64,000 nt of DNA, from the NCBI RefSeq assembly GCF_009914755.1, contig NC_060934.1; one strand, written 5' to 3'. The stretch comes from the human T2T-CHM13v2.0 reference genome, Homo sapiens. The position numbers were made by a program, and so were the translations under genes. The notes beneath the pieces were generated by a model that did no database searches, had not been told where the DNA came from, and saw only the letters and a program-made list of their open reading frames with translations. This document shows, piece after piece, positions 38,335 to 56,249 of this stretch. Position 1 is the stretch's first letter. Each line of letters begins with the position of its first letter.

Positions 38335-38352
38335 GTCCCTTCGTGGTCGCCA
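38335..38352 (-). promoter_or_regulatory. Primer-binding site, tRNA-Arg
   Basis: Minus strand TGGCGACCACGAAGGGAC, complementary to the recalled 3' end of a tRNA-Arg(UCG). Confidence 0.88.
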
Positions 38353-38355
38353 AAA

Positions 38356-39719
38356 TGTGTCCAGAAATGGTGGGTTCTTGGTCTCACTGACTTCAAGAAT
38401 GAAGCCGCGGACCCTCGCAGTGAGTGTTACAGTTCTTAAAGGCAGCATGTCTGGAGTTTTTTCCTTCTGATGTTTGGATGTGTTTGGAGTTTATTCCTTC
38501 TGGTGGGTGCATGGTCTCGCTGGCTCAGGAGTGAAGCTGCAGACCTTTGTGGTGAGTGTTAGAGCTCTTAAGGTGGAACGTCTGGAGTTGTTCATTCCTC
38601 CTGGTGGGTTCGTGGTCTTGCTGGCTTCAGGAGTGAAGCTGCAGACCTTCATGGTGTTACAGCTCATAAAGGCAGTGTGGACCCAAAGAGTGAGCAGTAG
38701 CAAGATTTATTGCAAAGAGCAAAAGAACAAAGCTTCCACAGTGTGGAAGGGGACCCGAACAGGTTGCCACTGCTGGCTTGGCCAGCCTGCTTTTATTCTC
38801 TTTTCTGGTCCCACCCACATCCTGCTGATTGTTCCATTTTACAGAGAGCCGATTGGTCTGTTTTACAGAGAGCTGATTGGTCCGTTTTGATGGTGCTGAT
38901 TGGTGCATTTACAATCCCTGAGCTAGACACAAAGGTTCTCCAAGTCCCCACCAGAGTAGTTAGATACAGAGTGTCGATTGGTGCATTCACAAACCCTGAG
39001 TTAGACACAGGGTGCTGATTGGTGTGTTTACAAACCTCGAGCTAGATACAGAGTGCCAATTGGTGTATTTACAATCCCTTAGCTAGACATAAAGTTTCTC
39101 CAAGTCCCCACCAGACTCAGGAGCCCAGCTGGCTTCACTCAGTGGATCCCACACTGGGGCTGCAGGTGGAGCTGCCTTCCAATCCTGTGCCATGTGCCCG
39201 CACTCCTCAGCCCTTGGGTGGTCAATGGGACTTGGCGCTGTGGAGCAGGGGGTGGCACTTGTTGGGGAGGCTCAGGCTGCACAGGAGCCCACAGAGGTGG
39301 GGAGGCTCAGGCATGGCGGGCTGCAGATCCTGAGCCCTGCCCTGTGGGGAGACAGCTAAGGCCCGGCAAGAAATTGAGCACAGCAGCTGCTGGCCCAGGT
39401 GCTAAGTCCCTCACTGCCTGGGGCTTGCGGGCTGGCCAGCTGCTCCAAGTGCAGGGCCTGCTGAGCCCATGCCCACCTGGAACTCACGCTGGCCCACAAG
39501 CGTGGCGCACAGCCCCAGTTCCCTCCCATGCCTCTCCCTCCACACCTCCCTGCAAGCTGAGGGAGCGAGCTCTGGCCTTGGCCAGCCCAGAAAGGGGCTC
39601 CCACAGTGCAGCGGCGGGCTGAAGGGCTCCTCAAGTGCAGCCAGTGTGGGCGCCAAGGCCAAGGAGGCACCGAGAGTGAGCGAGGACTGCAAGGGCTGCC
39701 AGCACACTGTCACCTCTCA
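38356..39719 (-). mobile_element. HERV9 5' LTR12 (1364 bp)
   Basis: TGTGTCCAGAAATGG...CACCTCTCA. Confidence 0.95.
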
Positions 39720-42029
39720 GTGGGAGATGATGACAACCATTTTGCAGACCTTTTTGAGGTGGGCATGGATGATTTCCAGCTTCTGAAGAAGGAGCTGGTG
39801 ACAGGTATATATCAGTGCATCTTTAGCTATTTGAGGAACAAGAAAACACACAGCATGGAGTCTGGAGGATGAGGGCTATTGACAGGATGACCAGGAATCC
39901 ATGGGCTTCCTCCAGCAGTGTGGAGATCAGAGCTCCCAGAGCCTAGGAATGAGGCATCCCTATGGGAGGGGTGTTCAGTGAGGAGGGAGGGCACACAGCC
40001 AGAAGAAATGATTACAGGTCAGATATGGAAGAGGTTTAGAAGGAGGGGGTTGAGTACATGTATGCTTGGAAAAACGCATTGGCAACATTTTGGGATAATT
40101 ATATGTTGTGCATAAAAGGAAACTTTCTCCACAATCCTTCAAGAAACCCCAGAGCTGAGAGTCAGGCCTGGACCTCTGATGCCCAATTACAGTATTGACC
40201 CTATTGAGCTGTGGTAGGACAGGACATTGAAGACACCATTGACTGATCAGATTCCCCTAACTACCAACCCATCTTTAGAAAATGTTCTTAGATTCCAGAA
40301 ATATACTATTAATTTATTATACTTGATGTTTTTAAATGTTTCATACATAAAATAAGGCATGCTTGTAAGTATGAAAGACAAAATGTCTTAAAGCCATTAC
40401 ATATTACTCTCAAATTAAGGCCAAAATGGTGAATAATACATCTAATAAAGCAAACTCTCCAAAATCCCAAAAATCTTTTGGAAACAGTGTTTGCAAAATT
40501 GCACAAAGTTTTCAAACTTTAGTAAATGTTAGGAACAACTCTTACAAAGACATGTAATTCTTTCACATAGTTTTTAGGAGTACAAAGTAAATCAGCTAAT
40601 CATGGGGACATAAATTTTCATTTCAGAATACTCTTTTGAGAACTTGGGATATCCTGGTGAAAGCATTTTGAGGACAGTGGTTTTTGACCTGGGCACACTA
40701 ACACTTTCACTCAACTGTTCTTACTCTGGCGGCCACCTTAACCCCATCAAAGAGGCTTTCTCAAGTCAGGTCTCCCAGCATGTTTTGCAGCCCACAATCT
40801 TTCCTTAAACTATGTATTCCTTAAAATTCAGGGAGGCTATAAACTTTGGAGTGCCCTAGGCCAATTTCGTGGACTGTTTTCTGTCTATTTTCATTCCCTT
40901 GATGGTCTCTGGCTTTAAATACCACCTCTAGGTTGAGAAACACTCTAAAAATATTTGTAGCTGAGCTTTTCCCTCCAAACTCCAGGACAGAACATAATAA
41001 TGTGTGCTCTACATCTCCGTATTAGTGTCTAATGAACATTCACCCTTAGCATGTCTCAAGCAAACCATGTAAACCAGTGCCATCCTGTTCCACCTGCACT
41101 TTCTTATTTTAACTAATAATTATTTCACATCTCATAAAGTTGATTGAGGTAATTACCAAGAAAACAGTGACATTTTCTCAAAACTTACAGGTCAAGTGTG
41201 TAACTCCTAAGAAAAAATTTTAAATGTCGAATTTCTTTAGCAAGCATAACATGTTTTTCCAGATGTGAGATAATCATTAGGGCAGTCATTTGTAAATACT
41301 AGATCTGCTACAGGCTTATTCCAGCCAGTTCATTACTTAGCCCTCTATTTCCACAGAACTCCTAGTTAAAAAAAAAAAAAAAAAAGGAAAGAAAACAAAA
41401 AAACTTGTAATTTCTCAAAGCTCAACACTTGGTTTTTAGGAACACTTGGGAATGTAAGAAAATTGTATAGGGACCTCCAATCCCTGATTCATTATTTTTT
41501 TCTCTACAAGAAATGCTGAAGTGAATAATTCAGGATGAAGGAGAGGAAATAGATAGTAACTAACAGCCATTTAGACCTATAAAGATGTCCTAGTCAATGT
41601 GAATAGGTGGCAAAATATGAAAACATGTATTTTTGAAATTTTGGAATTGTACTCTATTTTTCTTGAAGATTTAAAATATGAATTTATACAAATAAGTATA
41701 ATTCTAAGTTAATATGTACACAATGTAGAAAGCTGTAATTAGTAACAAAACAATGTGAAGTGGAATAAAAACCTGGGGAAAGGGAGAGTTTTTATATAAA
41801 ATTTAAGTTACATTGGCATTGATTCAAAGTAAATTGCTATGATTTTATTAAATCGTATGTCATCCCCACAGAACAGAGAATAACTGTGTTAGAATATACT
41901 CCACAGGAAATGAGAAAGAAATACCAATGTCATTTTAAAAAATCACATAACCTTACGAAATGGTAGTAAAGGTGAATATGAAGGACAAAAAGCTATAGAG
42001 AGTGGGAAACATTGAAAATGGCACAAGTA

Positions 42030-42276
42030 GCTGGGAGCAGTTGTTCATGCCTGTTATCCCAGCATTTTGAGAGGCTGAGGCAGGCAGATCACTTGAGGCC
42101 AGAAGTTTGAGGCCAACATGGTGGAACCCCATCTCTACTAAAAACTCAAAATTAAGCCAGGTGTAGTGGTGCAAGCCTGTAACCCCAGTTACTCAGAAGC
42201 CTCAGAGGCAGAGGTTGCAGTGAGCCAAGACTGCGCCACTGCAATCCACCCTGGAGGACAGAGGTAGTCTCTGTCT

Positions 42277-42325
<49 letters not shown>
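42030..42325 (+). mobile_element. Diverged Alu (AluJ-like) with an A45 tail and 16-bp TSD
   Basis: TSD GAAAATGGCACAAGTA at 42014-42029 and 42327-42342. Confidence 0.92.
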
Positions 42326-42327
<2 letters not shown>

Positions 42328-42364
42328 AAAATGGCACAAGTAACTCTTTCCCTGTCAAAAATGA

Positions 42365-42752
42365 CAGTCATGTGTCATGTAATGCCTGGGCTATCTTCTG
42401 AGAAAGGCTCTGTGAGGCAGCTCCATCACTGTGGGGACATGAAAGCATGAAGAGAAAATTCTCTCAATGTCATTGCCTCGCCAACTACGTTTATGTCATA
42501 TTCTAAATCCTTTGCTGTCATTTCAGGAATGTTTACAGCATCTTCATCAGAAGTGGAATCTATTTCACCAAACCAGTTTCTTTGCTCATCCATAAAAGTA
42601 GCTTCTCATTTGGTAAAATTATATCGTGAGATTGCAACCATTCAGTAATATTCAAGCTCCAATTTTAACTATAGTTCTCTTACTATTTCCACCACATCTG
42701 CAGTTATTTTCTCCACTGAAGTCTTGAATTCCTCAAAGTCACCCATGAGGGT
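42365..42752. mobile_element. Tigger DNA-transposon fragments (Tigger3-like end ~42365-42445; Tigger1 internal ~42470-42752)
   Basis: CAGTCATG..TTCTGAGAAA; TTTCTTTGCTCATCCATAA...CCACCACATCTGCAGTTA...CCACTGAAGTCTTGAA. Confidence 0.75.
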
Positions 42753-43927
42753 ACTAGTACAGAAGCAGGCCCATGGACCAAGGGAACACTAGAGAAGTCC
42801 CAGAAATAATGCTGCACACCTGCAATCATTCAACGAGTGATGCTGTGATGACTAGCTAGCCATGTGCAGAAGATTGAAACGGGAAAGCCTTCCTTACACT
42901 GTATTAAAAAATCAACTCAAAATATATTAAAACCTTAAGTTTTAAGCCTAAAACTATGAAAAACCCTTGAAGATATCCCAGGAAATACCATTCTGAAATA
43001 GGCCCTGGCAAAGATTTCATGATGAAGACACCAAAAGCAATTGCAAGAAAAACAGAAAAGACAAGTGGGACCTAATAAACTAAACAGCTTCTACACAGCA
43101 AAAGACACTAGCAACAGAATAAACAGACAACCTAAAGAATGGAAGAAAATGCCCACACACTATGCATCTGATGAATGTCCAATATCCAGAATCTACAAGA
43201 AACTTAAACAAAATAACAAGCAAAAAGAACAACAACTCCATTAAAAAGTGGGGAAAATACGTGAAGAGATGCTTTTTAAAAGAAGACATACTTGTGGCAA
43301 ACATATGAAAAATGCTCAACATCACTGATCATTAGAGGAATGTAAATCAAAACCACAATGAGATACCATCTCATACCAGTCAGAATGCCTATTATTATAC
43401 TATGCATCTGATGAGGTCCAATATCCAGAATCTACAAGAAACCTAAACAAAATAAGCAAAAAAAAAAAAAATTAAAAAGTGGGGAAAATACATGAACAGA
43501 TGTTTTTTAAAAGAAGACATACTTGTGGCAAACAAGCATATGAAAAAAATGTTCAACATCACTGATCATTAGAGAAATGTAAATCAAAACCACAATGAGA
43601 AACCATCTCATACCAGTCAGAATGGCTATTACTAAAAAGTCAAAAAATAACAGGTGCTGCTAAGGTTCTAATGAAAAGAGAACACTTATACACTGCTGGT
43701 GTATTAGTTCAACCATTGTAGAAAGCAGTGTGGTGATTTCTCAAAGAACTTAAAACAAAATTACTATTCAACCGAGCAATCCCATTATTGAGCATATAGC
43801 TCAAAGAATATAAATCATTCTGTCATAAAGACACGTGCATGCATATGTTCATTGTAACACTGTTCACAATAGCATAGTCATGGAATCAAATTAAATGCCT
43901 GTCAACACCAGACTGGATAAAGAAATC
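42753..43927 (+). mobile_element. L1 ORF2 3' fragment with an internal ~240-bp tandem duplication
   Basis: L1 ORF2 peptide (INRQPKEWKK); ACTATGCATCTGATGA...ATACCAGTCAGAATG occurs twice (~43159 and ~43399). Confidence 0.88.
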
Positions 43928-44009
43928 TTTACATTCTCACAAAATGTATATACCACATTTTAACCTCCAAGATGATGATATTAGGAGGTTGGTACTTAGG
44001 AGTTGATTG

Positions 44010-49185
<5,176 letters not shown>

Positions 49186-49649
49186 ATTGGATCTTGAGTG
49201 TGGAACCATAATAAATGGGATTAGTGTCCTTGTTAAAGAGATTCAAGAGAGAGTGCTTGTCCCTTTTGTGACATGAGGATAGAAAGAGGACAGCTATCTA
49301 TGAGTCAGGAAGCAGGGCCTCACTAGACACTAAATTTGTCTGCACTTGATCTTGAGCTTCTAGCCTCCAGATCTGTGAGCAATCCATGCCTGATATTTAT
49401 AACTAACCAGTCTGCAGTCTTTTGTTATAGCAGCTGTCATGAACTAAGACAGCCTGTTAGAAGGAGGCTTAGACTTAACCAGTGTTTTGGGGGTATTTTA
49501 GGAGCCCTGATAGGTGATCTTCATGTCTGCTTTGCTTCTATGGGGTGGTATTGATGGGCTGAAGTGGATTGTCCCAGCTACTCTGGAAACATTTCTTTTT
49601 GTTGCCTCACAATGGATTTCCACTTATTTACAGAGAATTATATGGCTGT

Positions 49650-49860
49650 ATCTTACTGTGCTTTATGTTGCTATAACAAAATAACTGTAACTGGCTGGTT
49701 CTTACACAATAGAGGTATATTTGGCTAATGGCTCCAGAGGCTGGAAATTCCAAGGCCATAGTGATCTCATTGGATGAGAGCCTTCCTGCTGTGGTGCTCC
49801 ATGGTGCAAAGCAGGAGAGTAAGAGATCAGGAGCAAGAGAATAAATAAGCAAGGGAGATC
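49650..49860. mobile_element. MST-type MaLR LTR fragment
   Basis: GTTGCTATAACAAAATA...GGCTGGAAATTCCAAG...GAGAGCCTTCCTGCTG. Confidence 0.65.
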
Positions 49861-50061
49861 AGTGGCAGAGACTCTCCCTGCTCTCATGGGCTCTGTCTAT
49901 TCCCTCTCTACATAATCAGAGTAAAATCCAAAGAGCATGAGGACCAAATCAAATATGACAAAGACTCCTTAGAGGCGTGTCAGTACTGGTAACACCTGTT
50001 TTTCACAACTCACGGTGACTAAGGCACAGACCACCCCACACAGTGGCACGGATTCTCTTCT

Positions 50062-50578
50062 TGAACAGACTTTCCCCAGGCTCCTCTGAGTCTCTTTTGA
50101 AATAGGCCTCGCCTTGGTCTGTAAGGATCTGAACACACCCAAACATAATTTCTAACAGTTCAAGGCTACATCAATAGATAACCAAGCCCTGTTAAAGAGC
50201 CAGCCTGAGAAAACTCACGGCTTCCAAAAGAATTCAGTATTTGTTCCAGCAATGTCTGAAGAAATGCCTGTCTCCCAGTCTCACAGAGGGCAGGAGTCCA
50301 ACTTCCCTTAGTTCCAGTTAGCAAACCCAGAGGGACTAATCACATGGCCCAAGCAGCCCCTTCCTACTTTTTGTAATTTTCCGCTTGGCTGATTCCACTC
50401 AGTCTCTGCTCAGCCTTTCCCTTCTCCCTCATTTTCCCTTTAAAATGCTGAGTCATCTTGCATAGATCATAGTTCAGTTCAGTTCACGCTGGACCTCTTC
50501 TCTACTGCGATGTTATGTTACTGATAAAAACTGTCCTCACCATGTTAATCAGTACCCAGCTTTCTTTGTCTTTGACTT
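50062..50578 (+). mobile_element. ERV1 solo LTR (MER67-like)
   Basis: GCCTGAGAAAACTCA, CCAGTTAGCAAACCCAGA and a GTCTTTGAC end. Confidence 0.6.
50446..50456. promoter_or_regulatory. Consensus NRF2/small-MAF antioxidant response element
   Basis: AAAA-TGCTGAGTCAT, perfect core with an AT-rich flank; function untested. Confidence 0.5.
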
Positions 50579-50799
50579 TAGCAATAGCAGAATTTGTTTT
50601 TTTTCTGGCTCTTATGATTTAATAGCTACAGACAGGTGGGAATGAAGACCAGCCTATGTGACACTTATCTCTGGGTTCTAGTACTATTGAGCAGCAATTT
50701 AAGTATTAGGGATTTACAAATGTGTTTAATTTATGGCCAAACCCTGGCATAAGTCAAAATAAATGCTTATATTTGATCACTAAAATACAAGGTAATGAT

Positions 50800-51900
50800 C
50801 CACCTCAGGGAGGAGAGTATGTGACTGCAATTAGAATCTTTAAAGCCTTCTGTTTAGAAAGCATGCTTGCTTGAACTTCAAGTTTCTAGGCAAATGTAAG
50901 GGTCATTTGTAAAAGCTGAGTTTTTCCTGTTGCCAATAAGGATAGAGACCTTTTCTTCTATGCTCATGTCTTAGACTATTTTCTTAAGAAAAAAATTGTA
51001 TTTGTAAACTCTTCCTTAGTCCCTTTATTATGCATGTCAATTTTTTGAAAAGCTGACTAAGCCTCTAGCCAGAATTGCAACCTGCCAGTGTTGTGTTAAG
51101 GGTAAGAGAGACAACTCTTTGGAAATGAAAATATCAAGAAAGATAACTTCCTATCTCCATGGGCCCCTTACTCCAAGCTACAACTGCCTGCTTGTCATAA
51201 AGAAATGTTATTTTTCCTTGGGATAAAGGTGACTGTCTAGCACAGAAGGATACCCCAATTACCAGGTGAATTTAGGATGGAGAATGTTATAAAAAGAATG
51301 TTTGAAAGAATGTTATAAAAAATGGTGGTGTTAGGCCTTATTACATGAAGACCAGTTATCATTTATCTCAAGAAGATGCATGTAAGGATTATATTTCTTG
51401 GCTATATAAAGGGGTGAGATTTCTTTCTGTCTTTGTAATCTCTTTAGCATGTTACCTGTGATGCACATTGCAGCCTGGTTTAATGCTTTTTAAATTTTAT
51501 TTGTTTATTTATTTATTTTCGAGACAGAGTCTTGCTCTTTCTCCCAGGTTAGAGTGTAGTGGCACAATCTTGGCTCACTGCAACCTCCGCCTCCTGAGTT
51601 CAAGTGATTCACATGCCTTAGCCTCTCAAGATGCTGGGATTACAGGCAGGCACCACCCCACCCAGCTAATTTTTGTATTCTTAGTAGAGATGTGATTTCA
51701 CCACGTTGGCCAGGCTGGTCTCGAACCCTTGTCCTCATGATCCGCCTGCCTCAGCCTCCCAAATTGCTGGGATTACAGGTGTGAGCTACTGCACCCAGCC
51801 CTAATGCTTTTTTAATAAGAAAATTATTTTCTTTATTTTCTACTTTATAGAGAGTTTTGTAGAATGGCAGGAGATTTCATTTTTAACATTATTCTCCAAT
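50800..51900 (+). mobile_element. MER34/MER39-like ERV1 LTR interrupted by an Alu
   Basis: CCCCAATTACCAGGTGAATTTAGGATG, GGCTATATAAAGGGGTGAG; boundaries approximate. Confidence 0.5.
51495..51800 (-). mobile_element. Alu (AluS-like)
   Basis: Reverse dimer flanked by TAATGCTTTTT direct repeats. Confidence 0.92.
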
Positions 51901-52401
51901 ATAAAGGAGAACAGACTTGACAGTTGTCCCAAATTAGGTAAAAGATTGAGATTGGAGATCCCCATAGGCCCATAATTTCTACCTTTGGTAACATAATGGA
52001 AGACATAGAACAACCCTCCCCTACACAGACTCCTCAGTGGGACAGCCCAATTACATCCACTGTCCTGAGCACATGGACCCCCTTTCTCTCTCAGTCTTAC
52101 CCACATGACTCAGCGAGCAGCTCCAGCCCAGATCACAGAACCATATGAAGAATTGAAAACCCCACCTTCTCAAGAGGGCCAAGGGCAGAGCATTGACATA
52201 TTTGATTAGTACCAAGGAGACATGAGAAAAATGAAAAGACTGCCATGACTGTATTTTGGTATTCCAGAGTTTCTGCCTTGCTGCTATCAAGAACATCACC
52301 CTCACCTTGGGTGCTTCTTGTTAGTAATTCTTCCTCCTTGACCTCACCCTGTTCTGTGGTTGTAAATCCCCACTTGTCTTGGTTGAAGGCAGAGTTGAGC
52401 T

Positions 52402-53901
52402 TGAAGGAAACCAAAATATTTCACTCTTGGGAAAGGAAGATAAATCTTAGGGCCCCAAAATCACTAAGCTAAAGAAAAAAGTCAAGCTGGGAACTGCTCA
52501 GCACAAACTTGCCCCCCATTCTATTCAAAGTCACCCGTCTGCTCACCGAGATAATTACATATTTGATTGCCTCCTTTGCAGAGGCTAACCAGAAACTCAA
52601 AAGAATGTAACCATTTGTCTCTTATCTATCTATGACCTGGAAGCCCCCTCCCCACTTCAAGTTGTCGCACCTTTCCGGACTGAACCAATGTTCATCATAC
52701 ATGTGTTGATTGATGTCTCATGTCTCCCTAAAATGTATGATACCAAGCTGTGCCCCGACCACGTTGGACACATATCCTCAGGACCTCCTGAGGGTGTGTC
52801 ATGGTCATTTGTCCTCAATATTGGCAAAATAAACTCTCTATATTAACTGAGACCTCTCTCAGATTTTGGGGGTCCATACTCTAAAAGAAAGTATTTTGAC
52901 AAATTTCAAGATGGCTATTCAGAAGGGCAGGAAATACAAGAACAGCTGAAAACTGTCTGTTATGAGAGAGGCTTGCACCTGTAGAGAAACTCTGCTTGGA
53001 TGCAGCCAGGCTTTCTCTGAGGCTTTCCCTTTGACTTAGGAAAGATTAACTGACGGTCTGACATCTTTAAAGGTCTGAAGAAAACATTTTCCATCTCTTC
53101 TCTTAAGTGCTGCTATCTGTGAGGTTTCATTGACATAGTGTGCAAGAAGATTAAATTTTGGTACCCGAAACTCTTTTAGCCAAAGAGAAAATTCTAGCCA
53201 GGAACTGGGACACAAAAACCTGCCTCCCTCTTTTGGTTCCTAAATAAGATGGCTACAAGATGAAAGGCTACCCACCTCCCCCATATTTTGTCCACAAGGA
53301 AATTCCTGGTGAGCTGTTGAAACTTCACCATGGTGATACAAATCCATAGCTTATCTTTACAGTTGCGGTCACCCCACAGACACAAATGCATTTCCGATTG
53401 TTCACCTACCCCATTTTGTCTGTGTTATCTTATGTAAAATGCAGAGTCCCCATATTTTTCCTCTGCCCCCTGTTGTTGATGTGAGAACTGTGTGCTTCTC
53501 AATATCCCGCCCTTTCCCCTTTAAATTTGGAGCCCTCAAAATCAGAGAAAGGCATAGACCTGTCTCCTGGGTGCATCCTCAACTTTGGCAAATAAATCTC
53601 CTAAAATTACTGAGACCTGTCTCATCATTCTTTGGTTGACAATAACAAGACCTCTGCTAGCCAGGCCTCCTCTCTTCTCCCTCCCATAACCCATGTTGCC
53701 ACTACAATCTGTTTTGCCAAGATTTAAGTCCCTCTCTCATTTTTTTTTTATAAACTTAGATGGTTTACACGTTGCTCTGTGGTTCTCCCCTACACATGGT
53801 CATAAGTTTGTGTGCCTTTTCTCTTTCTAATCTGCCTTTTGTTAGGTGAATTTTTAGTGAACTTAAGAAGGTAGAGAAAATTTTTTCCCTTGGCCCCCAC
53901 C
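52402..53901 (+). mobile_element. MER34/39-like LTR carrying two nested MER4-family solo LTRs (~52428-52877 and ~53139-53641)
   Basis: Host TGAAGGAAACCAAAATATTTCAC resumes after each insert; short TSD-like repeats (ACTC; ATAG/ATAA). Confidence 0.65.
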
Positions 53902-54132
53902 AGCATGATCGCTCTCCCACAGAAAGACCCAAATTAAGTGGCCCTACATCTAACGCCATGGCCCCCCTTGAGTGAAGTATTTCTCACTGTGTTTTAGGAA
54001 ATGTCATAAATAAGTTTTTTTTTAACACCCTGTCGGACCATAAAGGATTGATCTACTGGTAGACACTTATTCTCAATCAGAGCTTTTCCCAAGGGAATTT
54101 GTCATGTGGAAAAAAGCCATTTGTCAAGGAAT

Positions 54133-54426
<294 letters not shown>

Positions 54427-54747
54427 GTCAAGGAATATGGGAGTCACGGGGGCTCGGATGTATTACTAGGGGGGCTCTAGAGAGATGGAGGGGCACAGGT
54501 TGCTGGGGCTAAGATATCCTGAGCTGCACTGGTTTCTGAGCTATTCAAATCCCAGTTGTTTCACCCTTTATTTTTGGAGTCACCCAGGATCCTTTTAGCA
54601 ACCACCTTTCACTTGCATTTAAGCCTGTTTTTACGGTTGCAAACACACAAAACACACTTAAATAAGATGCTGTAACAGTAGTTCTCAAATCATAGCAACA
54701 ACTCTAGTAGTTGTGTCCTAGGAAATTAAAATTCTGTGTTACCTACT

Positions 54748-55052
54748 TGCTATGGTTTGATGTGTTCTCCAAAGTCCATGTGTTGGAAACTTAATCCTCA
54801 ATGCAATAGTGTTGAGATGTGGGACCTTTAAGTGATAATTAGATCATGAGGGATTTGCCTCATTCATTAATTATTGCTATTATCTCAGGTGAGTTAGTTA
54901 TCGGAGATTGAAATCCTGATAAAAAGTTGAGTTTGTTCTCTCTGTCTCTCTCTCTCTCTCTCCACTCTAGAATTGTAAAAAACTAATCTCTATTCTGCAT
55001 AAATTACCCAGTCTCAGGTATTCCATTATATTAGCAGGAAATGGACTAAGAC
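54748..55052 (+). mobile_element. MST-type MaLR solo LTR
   Basis: TGCTATGGTTTG...GGACTAAGACA with a CTACT 5-bp TSD. Confidence 0.82.
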
Positions 55053-56249
55053 ACTACTTTATAAAATTTTGCAGTTTCCAATGTTCAGCTTTTCCTTGAT
55101 CCGGCTTCATCTACATTTTTCTTTGCTTGTTACTGATGGTGAAATTTTCCTGTTGTCTTTCATTTATGGCTTACACTATCACATGCTCTCTATTAATTCA
55201 TGCCTTCTATTTCCTTCTGTTGTTTTTGGAAGCATCTCTTTTCATGTGTCTCATTTTTAGGCTCTGTAAGACATATCGTAAAACTCACTTGATTCCTCAC
55301 TGTCATGCATAGAGCTCTGTCTGGGGGAAGTTCTCCCTCCTGACATGCTACGCCATTACCCAGCCAAAGGAGCAGTGCCTTTGCTTTATTTGCACATTCC
55401 TGTTTTAAACAGTCATGCCCAGAATTATGTGGCTACTTGGCGCACATAATGAAAAATCTGGTTTTTGAAGTCATGCATAAAATTAAAATATCTTTGTATT
55501 TGGTTGTCTCACATCCACTGTGGTCTCTGTTTCAGCACCTCATTGGGATTATTGAACTCATTAAATTCTTTACATGAACTTGAATTGTTCATTGAAATCT
55601 CTAGCCATTTCCCTGGTTAAACAGGATAATCTTTTTTTTTCACTAAAGAACATTCGTGGTGGTTTAGTGATGAGGTTAATATTCCCCTCTTGTCCACCTC
55701 CACATTGGAAAAACCACGTTGGACTGAGTTTTGAGGAGCAAAGAACTAATCACTTGACCAAAGGGGCCCTGTATCCCCACAAGCCCTGGGTATTTTTCTC
55801 TCATAGAGAGAAGAGGGTCTGTATGGATACCTGAAAATGTGATTTTATATATTCTTGGCATCCAGGGGAGAAAAATCAAAAAGCAAGGAAGTTACAGTTA
55901 TCTCCCCAGAAATTAATGGGTCATGTCAAGACTATAGGTTTTCATTTCCTTCTGTTGCTTGTTAGAATGATGTTCTTGTGGGAAACTGGAGTTCCACAAT
56001 TCCCATTTCTTCTTGACTCCCTACCCTAGCTAAGTACTTTATTCTTAAGAGACTGGCACCAAGTCACTGTGTCCTATTATGGAAATGCAAGGTTTGTCTT
56101 TTGAATGGATTTCTGAAGACAATGGGTAAAACATTAAAGTTGATTTAATTGCTTGCCTGTCTGGGCAAGGAGTTTGGTTTTTGCTGAACATTCCCCTTAG
56201 TAAAATGGCAGGATGGTTTGCTTGCCATTGAAACTAACCAAACATTTAA

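Larger units (their letters stand above)
30493..39719 (-). mobile_element. HERV9 provirus with two LTR12s and a GTGG target-site duplication
   Basis: GTGG at 30489-30492 and 39720-39723; PBS, PPT and gag/pro/pol/env remnants. Confidence 0.95.
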
